Assembly (NCBI RefSeq): GCF_000196355.1
Contig: NC_007614.1
Span: 1,110,001-1,142,000, forward strand
Reading direction: 5' to 3'
DNA from: Nitrosospira multiformis ATCC 25196
GTDB taxonomy: Bacteria; Pseudomonadota; Gammaproteobacteria; Burkholderiales; Nitrosomonadaceae
DNA: 32,000 bases
Part shown: piece after piece, positions 9,472 through 18,564 of the stretch
How the letters are laid out: the number at the start of each line of letters is the position of its first letter
Position numbering within the stretch: the first letter of the stretch is position 1
Translations under genes and position numbers: made by a program
Notes under the pieces: model-generated
What the model was told of the DNA's origin: nothing
Seen by the model: the letters and a program-made list of their open reading frames with translations, nothing else
Database searches by the model: none

Positions 9472-10620
9472 TTAAAACTCGTTCGGCTTCAGCATATCCA
9501 GCAGAACGCAGAGAGCGGCCATGAGAAAAAAACTGCCCCAGGCAGATTCGACCATTTCCTCTTTGTTGCTGTTGGTCTTATAACAGCAGCCCCAGAATAT
9601 TCCGGAAGGCGAATCGCCACTTTTTACATGGCTGCCGTTTTCATGAAAACCGGTGAAGTAATCGCTTCGAACGATCGCGGCAATCTCCCGATGGGCGGAA
9701 GCACGCCATTGCATCCCGTCCGCCAGCAGTTCAGCGAGGGTGAGCATTGCGAGGGACGCGATGACCGAGGACGAAGGGTCGGCAAGACCTGATGGATCAT
9801 CCAGCCGATTCAGGGGCAGGAGCGCCAATCGCGAGCGCTTCCAGTATTCACACGCGCGCAACGTGCAGGTCAGATAAGGTTCTCCCCACAGTGCTGCTGC
9901 CCGGCTTAGGCCCAGCATGGCCCACGCTTGACCGCGAGACCATACGCCTGCCGGTTCCGTTGGCCGAAAGTGCCCGTCAGCGAAGCGCGCGCCGGGGTGA
10001 AATGCGCCATTGCCGATACCGCACACTCCCGCCAGGGTGCTTGCGTGAGTACGCGCGACTTGATGATGAGCACTATCCTCACTATGATTCAGAAGCTGGA
10101 TCAGGGGAGCAAGCGAGTCCACGGAGATGAGTTGATGGCCTTCCTTTCCGCCTCCCATATCTCTACCAAGTGGAATGCAATGCATTTCCGGATCATAGGA
10201 AGAGGCAATCGTGGAAATGGATGCCGAGGCAAGGCCACGCGCCTTTGCGTCACTGAACCAGAGATCGCCAAGTGCTGCCCCGTACCAGAATATGAGGTTT
10301 CGGTTAATGGAGTCGGTTGCCATTTTAGGCGACAGCCGCTGGCAGATGGCGGCAGCTTTATGGCGATCGGACAGGGAACCTGTTATCCGTGACCGTAGCC
10401 ACCAGCACGCCCCCCAGTATCCTCCGACCCAGGAACCGCCTGCCGATAAGATCCATCGATCGGCAACCTTCGGCGAATAAAGTGGAAAACTGTTCGCGCA
10501 GCTCGAATGAATGGTCCCCATGCGCTGTACCAGCAACTCCAGTGCCTGCTTCATTTCTGCAGGATTCAACAGGACGCCTGACGACTGCTCCTCGATGCTG
10601 TATCGGGTCTTTTCAAGCAT
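9472..10620 (-). CDS. Glycoside hydrolase family 88/105-like protein (unsaturated glucuronyl hydrolase type)
   Basis: GGSWVGGYWGACWWL, GVWSRGQAWAMLGLSRAAAL and DPSSSVIASLAMLTLAELL match conserved GH88/GH105 alpha/alpha-toroid segments. Confidence 0.7.
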   Translation of the reverse strand: MLEKTRYSIEEQSSGVLLNPAEMKQALELLVQRMGTIHSSCANSFPLYSPKVADRWILSAGGSWVGGYWGACWWLRSRITGSLSDRHKAAAICQRLSPKMATDSINRNLIFWYGAALGDLWFSDAKARGLASASISTIASSYDPEMHCIPLGRDMGGGKEGHQLISVDSLAPLIQLLNHSEDSAHHQVARTHASTLAGVCGIGNGAFHPGARFADGHFRPTEPAGVWSRGQAWAMLGLSRAAALWGEPYLTCTLRACEYWKRSRLALLPLNRLDDPSGLADPSSSVIASLAMLTLAELLADGMQWRASAHREIAAIVRSDYFTGFHENGSHVKSGDSPSGIFWGCCYKTNSNKEEMVESAWGSFFLMAALCVLLDMLKPNEF

Positions 10621-10649
10621 GTGCGTAAGAGATCAAGTAAAAAGTTGCT

Positions 10650-12095
10650 TCAAAAAACCAGGCTGAAGTCGATGTAGACCATGTCCGCATCTTTCTTGCC
10701 CTGATAAAAATTCCTGACCACGCTGCCGCCGAATGCATGGCCGTAATAGAACCGCCATGACAAGTGCTTGTTGAGCGTGTGCGTGAAACTGATGTCCACC
10801 AATTGACCTACATCACTTTTGCCGCCGGAGGGGCGACCCGAGTAGCCAAATGCACCCGAGCGGGACGTCGGTCCGAGCCCTGAGTAGAACAGATCACTCG
10901 AATTGCTGAGGGACAGATGGTGCAGATCGATTGTCACTCTGGTTTTCGGAGTGGGCGAGACGATCATCTGAAGAAATGCATCCTGCATATTAATGAGGTT
11001 GTAGAAAGGGAGCTTGGCATACGCACGCCCGCTGGGAAGGGCGGTAAAGTAGGTTTTATGCGTGCCGTCATTGGCCTTGTCGTCGCCTGAACTTCTGAAA
11101 TAGAGCGCCCGCAGCCATGGCTGGAAGGGAAGAGCCGTCCATTGATATCCGGCCTCTGCCGCAATCGCCCATGCCTGGTGGCCCTGGTTGGTCCAGTCAC
11201 CGAACTGATAAGCCCCCCACAACAACGCATCGATGCTGCCCGACCCTAACGGATGGAGGGTGAGCAGGTGCGCGCCGATGGTATGGAGATTCAGGTTCTG
11301 GTTATCAAGCCTGGGCCGTTCTGCGGCAGGACGGTTGTCCACCGCCTGCGTGTTGCGTTTGTCCTCGTAATTGAGGTAGAAGAGGCGACCTTCTGTTCCT
11401 GGGAGCAGAACATCCTTCTTGCTGGTGAGTGCCGCGTAAAACAGATTGATGTCGCCGATTTCTTTTTGCCCCTGGACGGTGAACCCGCCCTGGGTGGGAC
11501 GTATCCCGGCAGCCGTTACATTGAAACCGGGCCGGTCATAAACAGCGGTAAAGCCGTCGAAGCTTCGACCTACATGGACGACGTTGGAGGCAAGGAGGCG
11601 TTGGGCGATACGTGCCCGTTTAAGGCCGTCGAACTTGCCGATGCCTGTTGTATATTCCATGCCATCCATGAACTCGAACCGGCCGATTTTAAGCAACGCT
11701 CCCGGCAGCCCCAATGAACTGAACTTGAAGTCGAGATAAACCTGTTTCAGAAAAACGTTGCTGGCATTCGTTGACTGGTTGGCAAGGAAATAGGCGCCGC
11801 CCAGTCCCAGCGGGCCGCCGGGAGATGCAACCGCATCGTCCGGAAGGCTGTATAAACCGATATATTGGGCTTGCGCATAGCCATCGATATAGGGCGTGGT
11901 GAGCAGGGCGCCCAATCTTGCCCGCGCTGCCCACAAGCCATAATCGTTGTTGTTATTGGTTGCCGGGTCTGGTCGAAAAAAATTCCAGGTCTCGTGGCTG
12001 CCGTACAGCTCGCCCATCAGCCGCAGATATTCGTTAATCTGACCTATGGGTTTGATGCCGTCCGCAGCAGCCCATGTACCCGTGGCTTGAAACAT
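10650..12095 (-). CDS. Outer-membrane porin-like protein, alginate-export family-like
   Basis: Long beta-barrel-type protein with C-terminal aromatic residue (...MVYIDFSLVF) and KQVYLDFKFSSLGLPGALLKIGRFEFMDGMEY. The track start (12317) lies inside the MITE-like element; the first ATG outside it is at 12095, and the true start is uncertain. Confidence 0.7.
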   Translation of the reverse strand: MFQATGTWAAADGIKPIGQINEYLRLMGELYGSHETWNFFRPDPATNNNNDYGLWAARARLGALLTTPYIDGYAQAQYIGLYSLPDDAVASPGGPLGLGGAYFLANQSTNASNVFLKQVYLDFKFSSLGLPGALLKIGRFEFMDGMEYTTGIGKFDGLKRARIAQRLLASNVVHVGRSFDGFTAVYDRPGFNVTAAGIRPTQGGFTVQGQKEIGDINLFYAALTSKKDVLLPGTEGRLFYLNYEDKRNTQAVDNRPAAERPRLDNQNLNLHTIGAHLLTLHPLGSGSIDALLWGAYQFGDWTNQGHQAWAIAAEAGYQWTALPFQPWLRALYFRSSGDDKANDGTHKTYFTALPSGRAYAKLPFYNLINMQDAFLQMIVSPTPKTRVTIDLHHLSLSNSSDLFYSGLGPTSRSGAFGYSGRPSGGKSDVGQLVDISFTHTLNKHLSWRFYYGHAFGGSVVRNFYQGKKDADMVYIDFSLVF

Positions 12096-12153
12096 GAGGC
12101 AGATCAAGATGCAAAGGATTTCCCATCTTGATCGTCTTCGACGGTTATTCTTA

Positions 12154-12428
12154 GGGAATCGCTGAACAAATCCCTCGCAGGCGCGACGGTGGCTTTGCGG
12201 GATGAGATGCGCGAAAGGCGACGACGCGAATGGCTGATCCCCTTCGCTAGGAGTCTGACAGCGCAGATCGCCCGCAAAGCTCCGTCCCAGGGGGTTGCAG
12301 CAAAATCGCACGCTCACTTCGTTGCGCTCCTTGGCATCGTAGTCCGAGCTACGAGCTTCGTCGCGCGCCTCGTGATCATCCCGATTTTGACAGCAACGCG
12401 CTCTGCGGAGGATTTGTTCAGCGGTTCC
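12154..12428. mobile_element. MITE-like non-autonomous element, about 275 bp, with near-identical terminal inverted repeats
   Basis: Left end GGGAATCGCTGAACAAATCCCTCGC; right end reverse complement GGAACCGCTGAACAAATCCTCCGC. Flanked by TTA on both sides (12151-12153, 12429-12431). No transposase ORF inside. Confidence 0.75.
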
Positions 12429-12502
12429 TTAATTACAAACACTAAACTGTCTTCTTGCGCTGCTTGGATTACTCTTGCGCGAGATCATGGGAGTTATTGG
12501 AT

Positions 12503-13741
12503 TCATGGCTTCACAGGTTCTTGCACCTTTGCGGTAGTCGCGCGCTGAACCGCGCCAGTTGGCGCCGGTGTTTGCGCCTTGCGCCGTCGGGCAGAAGCCA
12601 GTCCCAGGGCCGTCAGGCACCCGCACAAGAGCACGCCGATCAACAAGCCCCAGGAAGACTGGGAGTTGCCGGAATAATTCGAAAACTCGCTATAAAGGGG
12701 CGGGCCGGATGCGAACCCGCTGAAGAAAGCGACTGAAACAAAACCGGATGCCGTTGCTATCGGGCCAAATGTGGCATCCCTGATCAACATGCTCATTGCG
12801 ATTGCATTGGTGCCGACGGCGGTGAGGCCCATTCCCACAGCTCCTGCCCAGAGGGGCCAATGACTGTCCGCATTGGCCCTCATCGTCACCGCGATTGCGC
12901 AAGCTGCAATGGCGATGAGCACAATCAGAAGCAGCGATTCGTCTTTCATTCTGGCACCGAGGGGTGTCAATGTTATCCGCGAGAGTATCCCCATCACGCC
13001 GAAGACGGCGATCAAGCTTCCCGCCACCGACAGCGCCATCCCTTGGCGGACGGCAAAGGTCGGCAGGAACGTAACGAAGGCGGAGAGTGCTATACCCACG
13101 CAAAACTGGATGGCCATCAAACGCAGCAGCAGTACATTTGGCAGGGGGACAGTGAAAGCTTTACGCGTTTCCGAGGGTTTCCGCGGAGCGATGAAGGGTG
13201 TCGTAATTCCGAACAGTATCGCTACCGGAACAACGATGCCGAATGCGGCATGCCACCCGTATTGCGTTGCGATGGCGGGAAGAATGAGACCTGCAAAAAG
13301 CGCCGCAAGCTGAACGCCGGATTGCTTGAATCCTACGACTGTCGCCTTTTTCTCCGGTGAAACATGCTGCGCGATCAGTAAATTGGTGACCGGGTTTGCC
13401 AGCGCCTGGGCGATTCCGCAAATGGCAGCCGCTGCAACCAGGGAGTAATAATCTTCAACCGTTGCAATCAGCGCAAAAGCAAGCGCTACGGCGAAGAAGA
13501 GCACTGCCAGCGCTCGGCGTGTCCCGATCCGGTCGACGAACGCGCCTGACCAGAGCGATAGAATGGCCGCGATGCCGAATGCACTCATCACGAGATAACC
13601 CGGCAGTCCGGGCTCGAAGCGCAGATCGCGCACGAGGAATGGTCCAAGCGTGCTGATGGCATACAAGACAAGCATCGGCAGGGCCATGGCAAATACCAGG
13701 ACAATCCTGAACCAGATGCCTGCAAATAGTGATTTAGCCAA
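12503..13741 (-). CDS. Major facilitator superfamily transporter
   Basis: 412 aa with about 12 hydrophobic segments and MFS motif-like SGAFVDRIGTRRALAVLF. Confidence 0.9.
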   Translation of the reverse strand: MAKSLFAGIWFRIVLVFAMALPMLVLYAISTLGPFLVRDLRFEPGLPGYLVMSAFGIAAILSLWSGAFVDRIGTRRALAVLFFAVALAFALIATVEDYYSLVAAAAICGIAQALANPVTNLLIAQHVSPEKKATVVGFKQSGVQLAALFAGLILPAIATQYGWHAAFGIVVPVAILFGITTPFIAPRKPSETRKAFTVPLPNVLLLRLMAIQFCVGIALSAFVTFLPTFAVRQGMALSVAGSLIAVFGVMGILSRITLTPLGARMKDESLLLIVLIAIAACAIAVTMRANADSHWPLWAGAVGMGLTAVGTNAIAMSMLIRDATFGPIATASGFVSVAFFSGFASGPPLYSEFSNYSGNSQSSWGLLIGVLLCGCLTALGLASARRRKAQTPAPTGAVQRATTAKVQEPVKP

Positions 13742-14954
13742 AATGATAAACGTCCTCTTCCTTGAAGAAGTCGATGAGCCGGCGGCCTGTCGAACTGATA
13801 AGCGACTCGTCGGTGCCGTCGAGAATTCGCGACGTGCGCGCTATCCTGTAAATTCCGGAGAGGGGCGTGAGGTCGCTGATGCCTTCAGCACCATAAAGCT
13901 GCACCGCTGAATCGGAGGCAATGCAGAGTGCTTGTGACGCAGCCATTTTGGCGACATTGATCCGCACATCGCTGGGGCATTGAATATCGATTCCGCGTGC
14001 AGCAACGCGAATCAATTCGCGCGCGCTTGCAATAGCCTGATAAGTGTTGGCAATGTGCTGCCTTACGAGCTGCTTGTAAGGCAGCCGGGCTGAAAGGCCG
14101 CGGCGGGAATTGATGCGCATACCCATCAGGTCGAAACATCGTTGCGCCAGTCCCACCCAGTTCATCGCGCGAAGCAGACGGCCGAGACGGAGCCGTTGAC
14201 TCATCAGCTCTGTGCCATTGTCATTTTTGCCCAACCGGTTATATTCGGGGACCTGCACATCGGTGAAAGACATTTCACCCTGGCCCAGAAAACGCCCCAG
14301 TATGGGAATCTGGCGCTCGATACTGAATCCAGGGGAGTTCGTGGGAACAAGGATCATTGAAAGCGTCTGGCGGGTATGGATTTCTTCTTTGCCAGTGCGC
14401 GCCAGAACCGTGACAAAAGTGGCACGGTCGGCATTGCCGACAAACCATTTTCTGCCATTGATCGTCCAGTTTCCGTGCGACAGGTGGGCGGAAGTCGTTA
14501 TCAGCGTGGGAAACGAGCCGCCATGATCGGGCTCGGTCATGCCGTAACTGGGAGTGGCTTCCCCGGCAACCATGGGTTCCAGGAAATTTCTGTGAATTTC
14601 ATCGCTGCCGAACTTCAGGAGCATGTGCGCATCCAGGGCTGAATGGCTGCCAAAGATCGCGGACGAGAACTCTGAGCGTCCTTCCTGCTCGGCTACGATC
14701 AGGTAATCTTCAAGAGAAGCAATTTTTCCGCTGTGGGAGAGCGGATAAAACAGGCCCCAGAGGCCGGCACGCCGTGCTTTTTCGGTCAATTCCGATTGCA
14801 GTTGCGCTGCCGAATCCCCTCCCTCGGCCAGGCGCGGCTCGCAAGGGATGATTACCTTGTCGACGAACTTTCTTACCTCGCACGAAAGAGATCGGGCTGC
14901 TTCGGTATGGGAGGATGCTTGCTCCTGATATGCTTGCAGCATCAATGTGCCCAT
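13734..14954 (-). CDS. Acyl-CoA dehydrogenase family protein
   Basis: GEATPSYGMTEPDHGG, NGRKWFVGNADRATFVTVLART, QLYGAEGISDLTPLSGIYRIARTSRILDGTDE; overlaps the MFS start by 8 nt. Confidence 0.9.
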   Translation of the reverse strand: MGTLMLQAYQEQASSHTEAARSLSCEVRKFVDKVIIPCEPRLAEGGDSAAQLQSELTEKARRAGLWGLFYPLSHSGKIASLEDYLIVAEQEGRSEFSSAIFGSHSALDAHMLLKFGSDEIHRNFLEPMVAGEATPSYGMTEPDHGGSFPTLITTSAHLSHGNWTINGRKWFVGNADRATFVTVLARTGKEEIHTRQTLSMILVPTNSPGFSIERQIPILGRFLGQGEMSFTDVQVPEYNRLGKNDNGTELMSQRLRLGRLLRAMNWVGLAQRCFDLMGMRINSRRGLSARLPYKQLVRQHIANTYQAIASARELIRVAARGIDIQCPSDVRINVAKMAASQALCIASDSAVQLYGAEGISDLTPLSGIYRIARTSRILDGTDESLISSTGRRLIDFFKEEDVYHFG

Positions 14955-16603
14955 TCGGGATGACTCCGGTGGGCGGGATGTTCCGTGAATTCGATTTCGG
15001 TAGTCAGCCGCTTCTTATCGATTTTTCCCGCAGGGCTGAGGGGCAGCTGGCGGTAATAGCGCAGGTATTCGGGAAGCTTGCTTGTCTCCAGGCCCTTTTC
15101 ATGGAGAAAACGGGTGAACTGGGAAAGTGACGGACGTTCCGCTCCCTCTCTCGTGACGAGACAGAGGCAAACCCTGTGTCCCAGGTCCGCGTCGGGCACC
15201 GGAACACAGGCTGCGCTGACAACCGCCGGATGGGAAACAGCAATGTTTTCAATTTGAGCGGGACTGATATTGACGCCGCCCCGAATGATGATGTCTTTCT
15301 TGCGGCCGGATAGCACCAGATGGCCCTCTTCATCAATAAGGCCGAGGTCACCGGTATACACCCATCCCTCCTGGTCACGGTACAGGGCGTCGAGATCCGG
15401 GTCATTGACGTACTGCATGGGACTTATCGGACCCCTGGCCGCTATTTCTCCTATGCAACCTTGCGGTACTTCCTGCTTCTGGTCATCGATTATACGAATG
15501 GAACAGATTTCCGGATTGGGCCTTCCCGCCGTCCTGATAATGGTTTCCAGGTCATCATCCAGGGTCGTATGACAATTGACGCCATCGGCAGAACCATACA
15601 AGCTGATGAATCCACATCGGAACGCCTTCGTACATCGGCGAATGGAGGTTTCATCGATTTTCGCGCCGCCGCTGATGATGGCAACCAGGCTGGACGTATC
15701 CGCCTGCGTCAACGCAGGGTCTGCGGCAATGCGTTGAAACATCGTGGGAACGCCCAATATATGCGTGGGCTTCAGTTCCGCGAGGGCTTGAATAGCAGCT
15801 GCAACGTCAAATTGCCGCAGGACAATGAGGGAGCCGCCCAGCCAGGATAAAACCCCGAATGTCGCCGTGGAGCCGAATGCGGTGCCGAGCGGCATCAGGT
15901 AAAGACCCCTGAAAGTCTTTCCTTCGGGATGAATTCGTTGCAGAAATCGCCCTCGTCCGCCCGCCAGCGCGTTGTGAGAATAAGCCACCCATTTGGGCTC
16001 GGATTCCGTGCCGGATGAGATCAGGAAACGGGCAGGTGAATCGGGGCAGACTGTCGGCAGGTCCGGTTCAATGGAGGCGGGCCGGAACAATTCATCCAGT
16101 GCGTGCCAACCGTCTCCGGCTGCGCCATCGACCACGAGGATGCGCAGTGAAAGCAAAGTGGGGCGTATGGATTCGATCAATTCGCAAAGGTCGGTTTTTC
16201 CATATTCGCGCTCGACAATAATTGCACGGGCGTCACAGCGTCTGAGCAGGGACTGGATATCGAGGCGGCCGCGGCCTGGCGGAAAAGGTGCCACGATGGC
16301 TCCAAGCGCGGCCGCCGCCAGGTCGATCGCGCAGCTCCGCCAGTCGTTATGAAGCTGGTATGAGATTACATCGCCCGCAACAATGCCCAATTCCTGGAAA
16401 CTGGTTGCCAGGCGATGGACCTTGTCCAGCAACGCTGCGTAACTGGTGGTATGGTCGAGCGATATTACTGCCGGATTATCCGGCTGTTGCTCCACTCGCT
16501 CGCAAAACAACTCGTACAGGGATTTATTCGGATAGATTCCCTGCCGGGCCCATTGCGCGCGGACCTCGGCGGGGACCATATCCAGGATGCCGGAATGGTT
16601 CAT
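14942..16603 (-). CDS. AMP-dependent acyl ligase/acyl-CoA synthetase (class I adenylate-forming)
   Basis: A3 motif variant FLISSGTESEPKWVAYSHN, YTGDLGLIDEEGHLVLSGRKKDIIIRGGVNISPAQIE, LPLSPAGKIDKKRL. Confidence 0.93.
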   Translation of the reverse strand: MNHSGILDMVPAEVRAQWARQGIYPNKSLYELFCERVEQQPDNPAVISLDHTTSYAALLDKVHRLATSFQELGIVAGDVISYQLHNDWRSCAIDLAAAALGAIVAPFPPGRGRLDIQSLLRRCDARAIIVEREYGKTDLCELIESIRPTLLSLRILVVDGAAGDGWHALDELFRPASIEPDLPTVCPDSPARFLISSGTESEPKWVAYSHNALAGGRGRFLQRIHPEGKTFRGLYLMPLGTAFGSTATFGVLSWLGGSLIVLRQFDVAAAIQALAELKPTHILGVPTMFQRIAADPALTQADTSSLVAIISGGAKIDETSIRRCTKAFRCGFISLYGSADGVNCHTTLDDDLETIIRTAGRPNPEICSIRIIDDQKQEVPQGCIGEIAARGPISPMQYVNDPDLDALYRDQEGWVYTGDLGLIDEEGHLVLSGRKKDIIIRGGVNISPAQIENIAVSHPAVVSAACVPVPDADLGHRVCLCLVTREGAERPSLSQFTRFLHEKGLETSKLPEYLRYYRQLPLSPAGKIDKKRLTTEIEFTEHPAHRSHPEWAH

Positions 16604-18543
16604 TTAAATCTCCAGGGAGAATTGACTTGGGTATAAGAACCGGAGGTCAGCCCTGGTTGCAGATGCGCCAGGGTTTGAAGGTCGACAAGATCTTCGATGA
16701 CGACGGCGGAGGGAATGCCTGCGTGCTGGAAGAGTTCAACCCATTGGTCAGCCGTTTTTGAGAGGAACACTTCGCTCAAGCATTGCTGGAAGCCATTGTT
16801 TTCAATGCCAGGAGTAAGGTCGAGGACTTCCGCGAGCCGTAATACCGTATCCACATCGGGGCATTCGATTGCAATCCTGCCCTGCCTTGTGGCGTAAACG
16901 TCATTGATGATACTTGTCGAAGGTTTTGAACCGGAAGCCGGCAAACTGTATATATCCCGGAAATCCTCGGCACACAAAAGTGTTGCTGCGCTCATGAGCG
17001 AGGAAGTGACCTTCGCCCCCACATTGTTCATGCACCGGTTAAGCAGTGCAATCGTGACACCTTGAGCCGCTACCACGCCTCCGAGCACATCCAGGACGGT
17101 GAACAAGGAGCCGCCACGGCTGCTGCCACCTCCTCCGACCTTTCCTGCCACTCCCGAATAGGCTTGAGCCATGAAATCCGTTCCGGGCATTGAATTTGAA
17201 GAGACGTGCTCGGCACAATCGGTGGCCCATCCGCCTGCATACGCATAAATCAGGGAGGGGTTGATTGCCGCCAGATCGCCATGATCGAGATTGAGCAGTA
17301 CCGCTTTGCCCGGCGCCCAATTGTGCAGAAAAATATCGGCGTGCCGTGCCAGCTCCCTGATTTCTGTTTTTCCAGCTGCGGATTTGATATCGATTTCGCG
17401 CACCGTTTTGAGATGGTTGAGCGCCTGGAAACGCGCGGAGCAACCTGCAGCCATGGGCGGCATTCCTCGCAGCGGATCGCCGCCTGGCGGCTCTATCCTG
17501 ATAACGGTTGCCCCGAGGAGTGCGAGCAAATGCCCGGCGAGAGGACCTTGTATGCGCCGGCATGATTCGATCACTGTGAATCCGCTTAACGGCAAATCAT
17601 CCTCCGGCAATGCGCCGCCCGCGGGGAGCAGGTATTCTCCATTCGGTTTTGGTTCGGATGAGAACGACGAAAACGCCCACGGGCCTTGCTGCCAGATTTG
17701 TCTGGCATCGTCGTCCTGTGCCCTGTCATCGATCGAGCGGACGGGGCAGATAGCCATGCCGGTTCTCGCACACACTTGCGAGATGCGGTGATAGGTCAGC
17801 CTCGAGATAGCGCGGGACAGCTCATCCGGCAATGGCGAGGCCGCTTTTGCGTATCGCAGCAGAAAAACTCTCCATCCTTTTCCCGCCGCTGCTGAACTTA
17901 CACCCAGTGTTGACCAGAATCTTTGCCAGGGGCCGGCGTCAAGTGTTTCGAGTTCAAAAATGACTCCGTCCAGGGAGACAAAGGGAGGGCAAGCGGGGGA
18001 TGAGCCAGGAAGGGGACGAGTGGCTTCAGCGGCCTCGGTGGTTTCAGGAGACTCCGAAGCAGTCGCCCCGGCGATATACTGACTCATGCTCAACAAGCCT
18101 GCGGCTGCCATCGAGACAGTACTGCTGGAAACAGGCAGTCCCCGCAGCCGGGCAATGGAAGCGGCGATGCTGCCCTGAAGCGCCAGTGCCGCAGTCAAGG
18201 TCGAAACGTAGTTCAGCCCCAGAGGTTTCGGCTGCCGATGGCTTCGCCCGTGCACCGACATCAATCCGCATGCTGCCTGCATGATGTTTTCGCTTACGGC
18301 GGCCTGCCGGAAAGGATCTTCCCATCGGGTGATCTCACATGTGACAGGGGCGGTGTGGGGTGTTTCGAATTCGAAGCACAATGTCTCGTCGCCTGCACAA
18401 TTTCCATCTGCTACGGTTTGCATCCCCAATGCTTCGGACTGATAAAGAAACGAGGAGGCTATGGGGGCAAAATCAGGGGTTATGCTTTTCGGACCCTTCA
18501 TCACACAACCCGTCAATGTTCGATTCATGCTCATGTTTCTCAC
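16600..18543 (-). CDS. CaiB/BaiF-like CoA-transferase family protein with an additional N-terminal domain (647 aa)
   Basis: C-terminal half: LPLSGFTVIESCRRIQGPLAGHLLALLGATVIRIEPPGGDPLRGMPP...FQALNHLKTVREIDIKSAAG...ADIFLHNWAPG, typical of family III CoA-transferases. N-terminal ~300 aa are additional. Overlaps the ligase start by ATGA. Confidence 0.85.
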   Translation of the reverse strand: MRNMSMNRTLTGCVMKGPKSITPDFAPIASSFLYQSEALGMQTVADGNCAGDETLCFEFETPHTAPVTCEITRWEDPFRQAAVSENIMQAACGLMSVHGRSHRQPKPLGLNYVSTLTAALALQGSIAASIARLRGLPVSSSTVSMAAAGLLSMSQYIAGATASESPETTEAAEATRPLPGSSPACPPFVSLDGVIFELETLDAGPWQRFWSTLGVSSAAAGKGWRVFLLRYAKAASPLPDELSRAISRLTYHRISQVCARTGMAICPVRSIDDRAQDDDARQIWQQGPWAFSSFSSEPKPNGEYLLPAGGALPEDDLPLSGFTVIESCRRIQGPLAGHLLALLGATVIRIEPPGGDPLRGMPPMAAGCSARFQALNHLKTVREIDIKSAAGKTEIRELARHADIFLHNWAPGKAVLLNLDHGDLAAINPSLIYAYAGGWATDCAEHVSSNSMPGTDFMAQAYSGVAGKVGGGGSSRGGSLFTVLDVLGGVVAAQGVTIALLNRCMNNVGAKVTSSLMSAATLLCAEDFRDIYSLPASGSKPSTSIINDVYATRQGRIAIECPDVDTVLRLAEVLDLTPGIENNGFQQCLSEVFLSKTADQWVELFQHAGIPSAVVIEDLVDLQTLAHLQPGLTSGSYTQVNSPWRFK

Positions 18544-18564
18544 GGGACAGGAATAATTTCGGAC

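Noticed and set aside
12189-12548. 119-aa plus-strand ORF covering the MITE-like element, considered as a transposase remnant
   Set aside because: The translation shows no DDE or other transposase motif; it is mostly element sequence plus flanking DNA.
15320-15850. 176-aa plus-strand ORF and similar ORFs within 12.6-18.4 kb
   Set aside because: Antisense to the ligase, acyl-CoA dehydrogenase, MFS and CoA-transferase genes; no motifs or convincing independent coding evidence.
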